In this document: positions 27,031 through 39,300 of the stretch, in pieces
How positions within the stretch are numbered: position 1 is the first letter of the stretch
Layout of the letters: every line of letters starts with the position of its first letter
Source: Octopus vulgaris
Lineage: Eukaryota
Direction of reading: 5' to 3'
Assembly (NCBI GenBank): GCA_951406725.2
Contig: OX597828.1
Coordinates: 40,796,001-40,860,000, forward strand
Length of the DNA: 64,000 nucleotides
Notes under the pieces: generated by a model
Database searches by the model: none
The model's input: only the letters and a program-made list of their open reading frames with translations
What the model was told of the DNA's origin: nothing
Translations under genes and position numbers: made by a program

Positions 27031-27695
27031 AGTGATTTGCCGAGTTTTAACCATCAAATTAGAAGCTTTAATCTTACAAGCTAAAAAAGGGAATTTTCCT
27101 TGTTTAAAATAGTATTTTGAAGTAGTGAGAAATTTGAAAATAGGTCCAAATGTAAGTGTAACTATAAGTAATGGCTTATAATAGATGGGGATAAAAACCG
27201 CTTAACTGGGAACATGTGGACAAAGCCACCCACCTGAATTCTAATTTAGCTTCAGTTGAAATTTCTTAATGTTTCAAAATATGAATGTATTTTATGTTGA
27301 TGAAAAGTCACAAATACACAGAGTGAAATGTCCCAAATAGAAATGTTGCCTGTATCACTTTCCAAACGCATTCGCTCGGAAATCGAAATCTTATAGAGGA
27401 ATTGCTGGATCTTTTCATTCCTGAAGCCAGTTTTTTCAAATTTTTCCTACTGAACCAAACAATTTGAAACTTCGTATACTGGAGTACACGAAGTTTCAAA
27501 TTATTTAGTTAACTAGAAAGATCTGGGGTCCTGGCCACGATATTGAAAAGATCCGAATTGCTAAGAAACTACCAACATACATAGGTGTCTGTCGCATATA
27601 AATATTTTAATGATTTCTCTCCCTTTAATTGTATTGCAGAGACATTCTTCGTTGATAAACACTGGTACATATTTCTACAATACCTGAGAGAGAGA

Positions 27696-27728
<33 letters not shown>

Positions 27729-29047
27729 GGTGGGAAAGAGAGAGAGAGAGTGACAGACAGACAGACAGATAAAAAAGGACGATATTAACCCTAACAAAAT
27801 ACACAGAAAAAATTAGGGAAATTTTGTGTGAAATTGCTAACTTTGTGGTTCCTAATCTTTAGAACCGCCTTAAGGTATAAGCGCACCGAATAGTTGCCCG
27901 GGAGCCGCACAGGTCTAGGGACCCAATTCTAATCTAGATAATCCTTCGGTATTGGTACACGACGTCATTCACCCACACAACCTTCTCATAACATAGATGA
28001 AGAGGCTAGGCTGAAATAGAGAGTGAATGACTTGGTTTCCTCAAACTGACATTCTGTAGACCAAAATCGAAAGATCACCCTAATCTATGCATGATCCAGT
28101 GCATTGATTTGCCCAGGTGGGGTGCGGAGCTTTAATGTAGCTTAAAACGGCTCTGCCTTTGAACATCGCACCTTCCTTTCTGATTGATTTCAAATGTTGG
28201 CATAAGATCAGCAATTTCGTGGGAGCGAGTAAGGAGATTATATTGATCCTAGTGCTCAAATGTTACTTATTTTATCGATCCCGAAGGATGAAAGGCAAAG
28301 TCGACCGTGACGGAATTTAGTGTGTGTGTGTGCGCGCGCGCGTTTGTGTGTGTGTGTTTCTGTCTTTGCATTTGTGTTGTGTCTGTTCCCCAATGCCGCT
28401 TGACAATAGGTGTAGTTTGTTTACGTCCCTTTAACTTAGAGGTGCAGCAAAAGAGTTTGATAGAGTAAATACCAGGCTTTTGAGAAAATAAGTACTGGGA
28501 TTGATTTATTCGGCTAAACACTTTATGGCGATACCCCAGCATGGCCACAGTCCAATTACCAAAACAAGGAAGTAAATAAATAAATAGACGATACAGATAA
28601 GTAATAAAAGCAATTATTAATTCGTGCAAACAGTACGAAATATGATTATAGCATTTGAGAAAAACACATTCTCTAAGATATTGCGGTCTCCCTAAAAGCA
28701 ACTCATGACCCCTTCCCCCCGGTTGGGAACTACTGATGTAGATCAAATTGATGTTTGGAACATGAAATATCAAAAATGATTCTTATATTAAAGTATGTTG
28801 ATGGTTTCTAATTTAAATATGATCATTTCAAAGCAAAAAGTGATTTTGCATCATAAGAACTAGAATCCGTTTCAAGTAGATAGGCATCAAAATTATTAAA
28901 AATAAACGCTATACAGACAGAGTCTAAACTCAGACGATTGGAACATGGAACAAAATTTTTTTTATTCTTGCCTGGACAGTTTCCGCTCAATTTAATACAT
29001 CTGTCTACATCGGAACGAGGAAGATTTTTGGCTTATTTCGGAATGTC

Positions 29048-29105
29048 CGGAGGTTTCGTCACTGAGTAGGCCAAATTAAGTCGAAACACTGTGCATGATG
29101 ATCCG
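29048..29105 (+). ncRNA. Degenerate minimal type I hammerhead ribozyme (Penelope-type relic)
   Basis: TCGTCA-CTGAGTA-GGC(CAAATTAA)GTC-GAAA-CACTGTG-CA-TGATGA; stems I, II and III pair; two core substitutions. Confidence 0.55.
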
Positions 29106-29254
29106 CTAATGTTCGTGGTGAAGTCCCGTGTGTTTAATAAAAATGCTAGTGCCGTTCCACATTTGTATATCCATTATGGATTATAAATTTTAAACACACC
29201 AATGCGTTTTTAAGGCTGCTTCAAGGGTGTATATATTAATATTCTTTTATATTT

Positions 29255-29563
29255 TTATTCTTTCATTTGTTTCAGTCATTTTGATTGCGGCCATGCTGGA
29301 TCACTACCTTTAATCGAACAAATCGACCCCAGGACTTATTCTTTGTAAGCCTACTACTTATTCTATCGGTCTCTTTTGCCGAACCGCTAAGTTACTGGGA
29401 CGTAAACATATCAATATCGGTTGTCAAGCGATGGTGGTGGGGGCAACAAATACACATCCACACACACATATACGACGGGCTTCTTTCAGTTTCCGTCTAC
29501 CAAATCCACTTACAAGGGTTTGGTTGATAAACAAGCTACTTACCACACAGTCACTTATGCGCC
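29255..29563 (-). mobile_element. SINE family A with internal deletion
   Basis: Reverse complement of family A; part of the tRNA head is missing near 29525. Confidence 0.85.
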
Positions 29564-29834
29564 TATACGCAGCCACTTCTGTATAAAGAACTTATCCTAT
29601 TTCTTATTTGAATCAACCTTTCAAGGTCGCTTTTGTGAGCAGAGTAATGCGTATATTTTATTAAAGTTATAATAAAGTATCTCGAGTCTTTAGGCCCATT
29701 AAATGGGATTTTATACTGGTTTCTGTGACATTTAAGTGATGGAGAGAACAAGGTTGCTCTCTGACTGGACACCAATCTCCTGTCACAGGATTAACCCTCT
29801 AATTGCCACTGATACTCATTTTCAAGCAATGGAC

Positions 29835-30589
29835 AAGTCTTCCTCAGCGGGACTGCCCTTGTTAATTATTTCTGATTTATTTAGTAAGTGATGGTTTCTA
29901 ATAAGGTAGCAATATTGAGGGATCAAGATTAGTTGATGCTATCGATGTTTAATTGATACTTCATATTATCGACCAGTGGTCACGCTGAAAAGCGTAGTTG
30001 ACAATGATAGGATTTGAACACAAGGCGTAAAGAGTCAGAAGAAATATACCGCTAGGCATTTTACCTTAGTCTCTAACGATTCTGCCAACTCACCGCTTTT
30101 CCCTGATTAATAATAATTGTTTGTAAAAGAGTTTATATTTTTGAGAAAACAGGAACTTTTTGGAAGGGAGATTTTCTCCTTCGCTGAGGATCAGTGACCA
30201 AAGGCAAGTGTTGAAGGTGTTTTAATCAAGATTCAGAAATGGATTTGCGAATGTAACATGCTTAGGGACCTTTTCCTTCCTATTAATAACAATTTTATCA
30301 ATTAAAAAAAAAACTAAGTTGTTCAAATGTAAATATAGCTATAAATGATAGCTTATAATATATGGAGTAAATACCTCTCAAAATTAGCTATAAAGATCGA
30401 ATCATACATCTACAGTGATGAAATGGTGAGAGTGTGCAAGGGGACGGTGTTCCCTTCTTTTCAGCTCATGAAGAGGGTAGCTAATAGCATATATTGTCCC
30501 ACCTTCCCAACATCAGCCTCTTGGACTTTAGCATACCCATAGTTTTAATACCCGTTTCTATCATTATGACCACGAGACTACTACACCAT
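29835..30589 (+). repeat. Derived copy of the local duplication, inserted in a SINE
   Basis: Flanked by ATGGACAAG at 29829-29837 and 30588-30596. Confidence 0.95.
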
Positions 30590-30778
30590 GGACAAGAGTA
30601 TCGTGAAATAAAGATATTTACCCAAGAACACGATATGCCACTCAGTCCAAGAACTGAAACCACGACCTTACGCTCATTAGCCTAAAACCCTAACTACCAG
30701 GCTACACGTTTTAGTGATTTGCTTATGCTGAATCACTAAAACTGAGATAAAAGTTTTATGAGAATTAAAACTGATACA

Positions 30779-31178
30779 TCTTTATATATAAAAGTGAAGT
30801 TGTGTGTCAGTCTCCTACGATTTAGATTCCTAACTACTCCCACATTTTGCGGTGCAGTTTAACCAAAACCGGGTATCTTATAGTCGTGATGCATATCGAG
30901 CCCTTCTGGGTATTAGCGCGCGCCTACGATGAGTCTACGATTTTAAAAATAATTTACCATCATTTTTTTTCCATTTTAATGTATTTTTTCGCTATTATAT
31001 AAGGGAAGTAACTCTCTAAAAATGTCTACGATGAGTCTACGATTTAAAAAAAAAATTTACCATCATTTGTTTTCCATTTTTAATGCATTTTTTTGCTAAT
31101 TTTTGGCTATAACTCTCTAAAAATGCTTATATAGTTATTTCCCTTACAAACCCGAGCAACGCCGGGCGATACTGCTAG
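30779..31178 (+). mobile_element. Non-autonomous Helitron
   Basis: A|TCTTTATATATAAAAG 5' end; subterminal hairpin CCCGAGCAACGCCGGG (31151-31166); CTAG|T 3' end; no TSD; internal repeat near 30925 and 31027. Confidence 0.85.
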
Positions 31179-31483
31179 TGTTATATATATGTCTATTAAA
31201 CATATATCTTCAGCAAAATTATAATGCCTGCTTTATTAATCATTCTAATTACTTGCTAATCACAATATTATCAATTGCAAAATTAATACAATCAGCGAAT
31301 TGGCGGAGTTGTTAGAACGTCGGGCGAAATGTCTTTATGTTCTGAGTTCAAATCACACTGAGATCAACTTTGCTTTTCATACCTCCGGGAAAGTAAAGTA
31401 CCAGTCAAGTACCGGTGTTCATGCAAATAACTAACCCATCACGTTCTTATAACTGTTGGCCTTGTTCCCAAATCATTATTAAA

Positions 31484-31717
31484 GGCGGCGAGCTGGCAGA
31501 AACGTTAGGACGCCGGGCGAAATGCGTAGCCGTATTTCGTCTGCCGTTACGTTCTGAGTTCAAGTTCCACCGAGGTCGACTTTCCCTTTCATCCTTTCGG
31601 GGTTGATAAATTAAGTACCAGTTACGCACTGGAGTCGATGTAATCGACTTAATCCCTTTGTCTGTCCTTGTTTGTGCCCTCTATGTTTAGCCCCTTGTGG
31701 GCAATAAAGAAATAAGA
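31484..31717 (+). mobile_element. tRNA-derived SINE family B
   Basis: GGCGGCGAGCTGGCAGAA head, B-box-like GAGTTCAAGTTCC, CTTTCATCCTTTCGGGGT central domain, 3' AGCCCCTTGTGGGCAATAAAGAAAT. Confidence 0.9.
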
Positions 31718-32025
31718 AGCTTTAGCACGCCGGACAAAATGCTTGGCGACATTTTTTCTGGGGTTGACTTTACCTGTCATCCTTTCGGGGTCGATGAAAC
31801 AAATACCAGTTGAGTACTGGGATCAGTGTAATCGACTAGCCCCATCACCCAAAATTTCAGTTCTTGATCCTATAGTAGAAAGGATTATTATTATTTCACT
31901 AAGGTAGACTTTGCCTTTCATCCTTGTGGGATGATAAAATATATCCCACTTGAGCACTGAGTCGGTGTAATCGACTTTACTCCTCCCACGAAATTGCAGG
32001 CCTTGTGCCTAAATTAGAAACCATT

Positions 32026-32760
32026 GGCGAGCTGGCAGAAACGTTAGCACGCCGAGCGAAATGCTCAGCGGTTTTTTGCCTGCCGTTACGTTCTGAGTTC
32101 AAATTCCGCCGAGGTCGACTTTGCCTTTCATCCTTTCGGGGTCGATAAATTAAGTACCAGTTACGCACTGAGATCGATATAATCGACTTAATCCGCTTGT
32201 CTGTCCTTGTTTGTCCTCCCTGTGTTTAGCCCCTTGTGGGTAGTAAAGAAATAGGTATTTCGTCTGCCGTTACGTTCTGAGTTCAAATTCCGCCAAGGTC
32301 GACTTTGCTTTTCATCCTTTTGGGGTCGATTAAATAAGTACCAGTTACGCACTGGGGTCGATATAATCGACTTAATCCGCTTGTCTGTCCTTGTTTGTCC
32401 TCTCTGTGTTTAGCCCCTTGTGGGTAGTAAAGAAATAGGTAATTCGTCTGCCGTTACGTTCTGAGTTCAAATTCCGTCGAGGTCGACTTTGCCTTTCATC
32501 CTTTCGGGGTCGATTAAATAAGTACCAGTTACGCACTGAGATCGATATAATCGACTTAATCCGCTTGTCTGTCCTTGTTTGTCCTCTCTGTATTTAGCCC
32601 CTTGTAGGTAGTAAAGAAATAGGTATTTTGTCTGCCGTTACGTTCTGAGTTCAAATTCCGCCGAGGTCGACTTTGCCTTTCATCCTTTCGGGGTCGATTA
32701 AATAAGTACCAGTTACGCACTGGAGTCGATATAATCGACTTAATCCGCTTGTCTGTCCTT
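32026..32760 (+). repeat. 184-bp tandem array derived from SINE family B
   Basis: ATAGGT junctions at 32251, 32435 and 32619; one near-full copy plus about 2.7 5'-truncated units. Confidence 0.95.
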
Positions 32761-32779
32761 ATTATTATTATTATTATTG

Positions 32780-33273
32780 AGTGAGAGAGCAGTGCATGCC
32801 ATCAAAGTGACACTGGGGTAAAATATACGAAGCCCAGTATACCTATTATGACTACCCGTCTGATAAGGGCACACCAGGCACATGCATCACAACCATATGT
32901 GCGCGATATGGTGATCTCATATGAAGATAAACAGCACATGACCTTGCAGGTGGGGCCCAGTTAGAATTTTCTTCTGGTCGAGTAACCCATCCCACTCAAA
33001 AGGTCCTTGAATAAGGGTTATTTAAGGATGTTAAATGAAACACCCATGTTTCCAGAGGTGAATTATTTAAACCCCAAGTAATCCCTCTCAACACATGGCT
33101 ATGATGCTCCCCCCACTACTTCTGCTCGTGATCAGAGATGCACATATCGTCAGCCACTAAGGGACATGGTCAACTGGTTAAGGTCAAACAACTGACAAGC
33201 AAATCTGTGGTATTGAGCAGAATATTTGCTGTCGCCCATCTTTTATACCAAGACAAAACAATGTACATGATAA
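32780..33273. mobile_element. Probable interspersed element embedded in (ATT)n
   Basis: About 500 bp of complex sequence bounded on both sides by (ATT)n tracts. Confidence 0.5.
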
Positions 33274-33274
33274 C

Positions 33275-33333
<59 letters not shown>

Positions 33334-33516
33334 TCTTTTACTCTTTTATTTGCTTCAGTCATTTGACTGTGGCCATGCTGGAGCACCGCCTTTAGTCGAG
33401 CAAATCGACCGCAGGACTTATTCTTTGTAAGCCTAGTACTTATTCTATCGGTTCTCTTTTGCCGAACCGCTAAGTTACTGGGACGTAAACACACCAGCAT
33501 CGGTTGTCAAGCTATA

Positions 33517-33618
<102 letters not shown>

Positions 33619-33765
33619 TATTTATTTTAGGTGGGGAGGGTCTATCAGATATTCACGGGTTCTCCTTGCTCTCCAAACCCTGCAGCGATGTACCACCTAG
33701 ACCGCACCCCTACTTTACAAGCCACGCTTTGATCATATGTCAGTTTGATCACAGTTGGCTCGTGG

Positions 33766-33900
33766 TTAAACAACAATAAAGTTACACGACTGACAAGTAA
33801 AAATAACATCGTCTTCGTTTCTCGTCTGCTGTTCGCGAGATGTGTCGTCTGTTCCTTCCATTTTGATCATGCGACGCATGTAATAGGCGTAGATACGTGT
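33766..33900 (-). promoter_or_regulatory. CpG-rich promoter-like site with short ORF
   Basis: CCATTTTG (YY1-like) overlapping ATG at 33861; TTCGCGAGA 33832-33840; locally high CpG. Confidence 0.4.
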
Positions 33901-34449
33901 AATTACTTATGTAATTGTGAAAGAAAAATTTATTTAGTTCGTAAAAGATATTTTTAAGGTCTGTGTTCACAATGATAATGCAAGTCTGACATAAGGTGTC
34001 TATGTGGAAAGCAAATATGTACTGAAATAAAGGGTGGTGTCGTATATTAATAAGTTGATAATGTACAAAGGAGATGTTGTGTGATATATAAGATCTCTGA
34101 GATACAGAAGAGATGACATAATGTGATTCAGAGACAAGGCAAACACATCATAGCATGCTTCGAATCCGAGAGGTGAAAGACAGATGATGCTAATGGGTGG
34201 GGAACATGGCTACGGAGTTTCTTAAGCCAGACACAATGGAAAGCTTTGCTTTTGTGAAGGGAAAGAAACAGTTCTCATACGACGGAGTCGGTTACCTTCA
34301 CTACCACTCTTTTTTTTCTCCCTCTTTGTCTTCGTGAGAGCATGTATTTTCTTTACTTCCCCTGCCCTATCACTCTTTCTTTAGTATATATCGCATTATC
34401 AACCCTTCTCTCTTTCTTTCTCCATCCTTCCTCACTTTCCTCTCTCTGT

Positions 34450-34860
<411 letters not shown>

Positions 34861-35134
34861 AAGTTGTCCACACACTCCCCTTTTACTCCTTCTACTAATT
34901 TTTTACTTCTTTTTCCTTAACCTCTTTCTTTAGGAGTGAGGACGATGTATACACACAGACACAAGTTCAAATTCTGCCAAGGTCGACTTTGCCTTTCATC
35001 CTTTTGGGATCGATAAATTAAGTACCAGTTACGCACTAGGTTCGATGTAATCGACTTAATCCCTTTGTCTGTCCTTGTTTGTTCCTTCTATGTTTAGCCC
35101 CTTGTGGGCAGTAATGAAATAGAATATTCAATTA

Positions 35135-35558
35135 TCTCTTTTACTCTTTACTCTTTTACTTGTTTCAGTCATTTGACTGATGCCATGCTGGAGCACCGCC
35201 TTTAGTCGAGCAAATCGACCCCGGGACTTATTCTTTGTAAGCCCAATACTTATTCTATCGGTCTCTTTTGCCGAACCGCTAAGTGACGGGGACGTAAATA
35301 TACCAGCCAGCATCGGTTGTCAAGCAATGTTAGGGGGACAAACACAGACACACAAACACATACACACACATACATATATATATATACATATATACGACAG
35401 GCTTCTTTCAGTTTCCGTCTACCAAATCCACTCACAAGGCATTGGTCGGCCCGGGGCTATAGCAGAAGACACTTGCCCAAGATGCCACGCAGTGGGACTG
35501 AAGCCGGAACCATGTGGTTAGTTAGCAAGCTACTTACCACACAGTCACTCCTGCGCCT
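35135..35558 (-). mobile_element. SINE family A, full length
   Basis: Complete reverse-complement copy with (AAAGAGT)n tail. Confidence 0.92.
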
Positions 35559-35909
35559 ATATATATAAACACAAGCTTTTATTTTATGTATGTATGTATG
35601 TATGTAAGTTTTTTTCGTTGAGTTTTTCTTGAGAGAGTTCAAGTCGGTTGCTAACAAAGCAAGAAGACATTTTGAGTTAAGAGAGTTCCTGGTATTTGTA
35701 AATATGTGGTTGAGTTGGTGTGTATGTATGTCATTATTCAGTTAATTTCAAGATGTCTTGCCAATAGAGAAAGAACTGGTTTCTAACCTAGATCCAAGGC
35801 TCCTTTATTGAAATTTCAACATCAACAACAGGGTATTTTTGTATGTATGTATGTATGTATGTATGTATGTATGTATGTATGCATGCATGCATGCATGCAT
35901 GTATGTATG

Positions 35910-36476
35910 AGCAGACTTGTATGTTTTATGTGTGTATTCTCATGCATATAGTTGCATACCTAGACATGCTCATATATATTTAAATGGTAAAACTTCTGGA
36001 AAGTTTTACAGACTTTTACAGTTCCAGTGATGGAGTGGATCTGTAGTCTTCAAATTAGCTTTCCCCTTTCTGGTTTTGAGAAGCCTAATTTCTCAAGATG
36101 GTTATTTAGGCAGTGTGTTACATATCCCAGGACCCCAATAATTACAAGTATAAATCTGAACTTGTAATCTGGATAGAATAACTGCAGGTTTCTCAATAGT
36201 TCAGCATAGGTGTTCTCTTTTTCACTCATCTTGGCTTTATGCTAACATCCGCTGAGCAGTTCATTTCCACAACTGTGCACAGTTTCTCTTCTCTATCCCA
36301 AATCATTATATCAGGTCTGTTGTGCTTACATTTTATTGAGGTCTTCACTGGTACATCCCACCAGTTTTCTTTTTTATTATGAGTGGCTATGGCTTCTACC
36401 ATATTGTGGGTTCTTATTTCTTTGTCTTTGGGGTTATCCTTCTGACGGATTTCATTATAGAGTGTCTTAGCTGCAA
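35910..36476 (-). mobile_element. R4/Dong-like non-LTR retrotransposon, RLE endonuclease fragment
   Basis: Translates as WWDVPVKTSIKCKHNRPDIMIWDREEKLCTVVEMNC, the RPD...E pattern of PD-(D/E)xK RLE endonucleases; stops follow. Confidence 0.85.
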
Positions 36477-36664
36477 TGTATGTATGTATGTATGTATGTA
36501 TGTATGTATGTATGTATGCATGCATGAATGTATGTATGTATGTATGTATGTATGTGCACACATGTATGTATGTATGTATGTATGCATGCACGCATGTATG
36601 TATGTATGTATGCATGCATGCACGCATGTATGTATGTATGTATGTATGTATGTATGTATGCATG

Positions 36665-36698
<34 letters not shown>

Positions 36699-36826
36699 TG
36701 TATGTATGTATGTATGTATGTATGTATGTATTATGTATGTATGTATGCATGTATGTATGTATGTATGTATTATGTATGTATGTATGTATGTATGTATGCA
36801 TGTATGTATGTATGTATGTATGCATG

Positions 36827-36860
<34 letters not shown>

Positions 36861-36871
36861 TGTATGTATGT
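36477..36871. repeat. (TATG)n microsatellite
   Basis: Directly visible; lies between two RLE-LINE pieces. Confidence 0.95.
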
Positions 36872-37320
36872 AGTACTTTTGGTATGGCAATCAGGACAAT
36901 CCTTCTTGCATATAATATTGTAACATGTCTTAGTGACACTGTCATGTCTCATGGGAAGGCACTGTCTTCCAGACCTTTTTTGAACAGCTACTGATGATAT
37001 GAGCAATATCTCCCTTACTGGCATGGCACAATCTGAACTTTCTATCAAAGAATGGTGGTTTAGGAACACTAGTGTAGCTTAAGTGTGTGCTGGCCGGGGC
37101 GGCCTTTCCGCTTGTCGCCCCCACCACACGGACCCCACAAAAATCACATATTGTCTACAGCAGACCCAAAAGTGGTGCCCCTTTAAAAGTGCCGCCAGGG
37201 GCGGACCCCCCCACCCAGCTATACTAGTGTTTAGAAGCATCTTTATCTCTCCCATTGACTAGGTATTTAGTAGTTATCATCTGTTCTTGGATAGCAAGGT
37301 CATAGTCTTCTAGATGTGAT
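36872..37320 (-). mobile_element. R4/Dong-like LINE fragment (zinc-knuckle region), interrupted by a MITE
   Basis: Frames give AIQEQMITTKYL, FRLCHASKGDIAHIISSC (decayed CCHC) and RHDSV, typical of RLE clades. Confidence 0.8.
37067..37229. mobile_element. hAT-like MITE
   Basis: TIRs CACTAGTGTAGCT / AGCTATACTAGTG; imperfect 8-bp flanks TTTAGGAA / TTTAGAAG; GC-rich interior. Confidence 0.65.
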
Positions 37321-37619
37321 GTGCTTATCACAGGGCCAAAAGAGGTTACTCTATTCCTGTCATTCTTTACCTTGCAGGTCATGTACCCATGCATCACTTG
37401 TCCCTAGTATGATGGCGATTTCTCTTCCAAGTTTCTTTTTCAGTAAATCAGTCCAAACTATCCTTGGTCCATGTGATGTAGCTGTAAACTTTCACCACTG
37501 GTGTTGTAAATTGCCGCCTGGATAAATAAAATACGGTAAATGCAACTGAAGCAGTATTAAATTAAAATAGCTATCAATGAATCATACTTAATGTATATAC
37601 ATCATTGAGTGCTGGTTAC

Positions 37620-37770
37620 TCCCCAGCGGCCTGCTAGAAGCCCCTTATGCGCTTGCGCAGTCATCAGCAGCAGCTAGGCTTGACCGCTTTTCTCTCTCTT
37701 CGCCCCCTGCTGCCAACGAATTGCACGCGACTAGGCCCAGCTCCGTGTGACTGGAATACTGAAGGTGATC
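37620..37770 (+). promoter_or_regulatory. GC-rich promoter- or insulator-like element
   Basis: NRF1-like TGCGCTTGCGCA 37648-37659, pyrimidine tract 37687-37701, CTCF-like CGCCCCCTGCTGCC 37701-37714. Confidence 0.45.
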
Positions 37771-38073
37771 CACGTCTTGGCCGAATCTGTGAAGAATGCC
37801 TTCACAATTGTGATTAAACCGACTCTGCTGCTCCCCGTTCCCCCCACCCCATCCCAGAGTCCAGGCTACCGAAGTCCAGAGATAAAATGCTTATTTCGGC
37901 AAAATAAATTATTATTCTTATTTGTTCGGAGATTCTTGTTCCCGCTATTTTCCTTTCCACGACTAAGTAAGGAATTGTGAGGTACCCTTCCAGTGCCAAC
38001 CTCACTTCCTACAAACTCTTCATGTACTTTGGATTACTTTTTCTGATGAGCTGTAGTGTACCTGAGCGTTGTA

Positions 38074-38504
38074 GGATCTTTTCGGTTTGAACGGCAGTTT
38101 TTAACATAATTTCTAGGTAACTAAAAAATTTTAAACTTCGTAAACTGGTAGAATGTGTTTATAAAACATCTTTTTCTCTTGGCTTTATTGAGAAAATTCT
38201 ATAGCTTGTAAGATATTTGTTGTTTTGGTTTCTTCAATTTCTGCAATTTCAACCAATCAAAGACGTCCATTGAGGTAAAAAAAAAAACATTCTGTGTCGT
38301 ATGAATATGTCCCTCGTTTAAGAAACAGATTGGGTTTATTTACATTTGTGAAGAAAAAAAAGATACCCTTCCCCCCCACCTGTAACCCTAACCCTAACCC
38401 TAAAACAGATTGAAATGCAATAGATCGATCCTAGGGTCATAATTATAGGTGACAATTTCATTTGACACCGCTAGAAAAAACTGCCGTTCAAACCGAAAAG
38501 ATCC
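38074..38504. mobile_element. Merlin-like MITE
   Basis: 29-bp TIRs GGATCTTTTCGGTTTGAACGGCAGTTTTT; perfect 8-bp TSD GCGTTGTA (38066-38073, 38505-38512); internal (TAACCC)3. Confidence 0.9.
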
Positions 38505-39049
38505 GCGTTGTATACAATAAATTCATAACAATTATTACAGTTAGATGTGTGTGTGTGTTTGTGTGTGTGTGTGTGCGTGCATGCGTGCGTGTCTTTGTGC
38601 GTCCCCGCCCCGTTTGAACAATGGTGTTAGTTTGTTTACGTTGCGGTTCGGCAAAAAGGTGAATAAAAATAAGCACTAGATTTATAGAAATAAATCCTGA
38701 CGTCGATTTCTTCAACAAAACCCTTCAAAAAGGTGCCCCAGCATGCCGCAGTCATGTAAAATACGTGTGAGTGCGCTCTCACACGTATATGTATGTGGGA
38801 GCGTGTACGAGCGAGAGCATGCGTGTGTGCAAGCGTTTCGAGTGCGTGTGTGCAAGCGTTTAATGGGAGACAAATCTTGCTTTCTTTATTGTCAATTATC
38901 TCCCTTGTACCATATTTATACGTATACCTTGCATTTTATAGAATTAATTGTGAACAATAGCGTCGAATAGACGACTCGTTCATTGTGCTTTCAACGGTAG
39001 TGGTAATAAAGTGTGTGTATGTGTGTGCGTATGCGTGTGTGTGTATACT

Positions 39050-39264
39050 GTTATTCCTTTACTTGTCTCAGTCGTTTGATTACAGCCATGCTGGAGCACC
39101 ACCTTGAGGCGTTTTAGTCGAACAAATCGGCAACAGGACTTATTTTTTAAAAACCTAGTTTTTATACTATCAGTCCCTTTTGCTGAATCGATAAGTTACA
39201 GGGACGTAAACACACCAGCATCGGTTGTCAGGTGATGGTGGGGGAGAAACATAGACATAAAGAT

Positions 39265-39300
<36 letters not shown>

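Noticed and set aside
32026-32760. Regular repeats as a CRISPR-like array
   Set aside because: Units are contiguous SINE copies with no unique spacers; eukaryotic context, no cas genes.
38043-38073. CTGATGAG as a hammerhead core
   Set aside because: No stem II followed by GAAA, even after removing the adjacent MITE.
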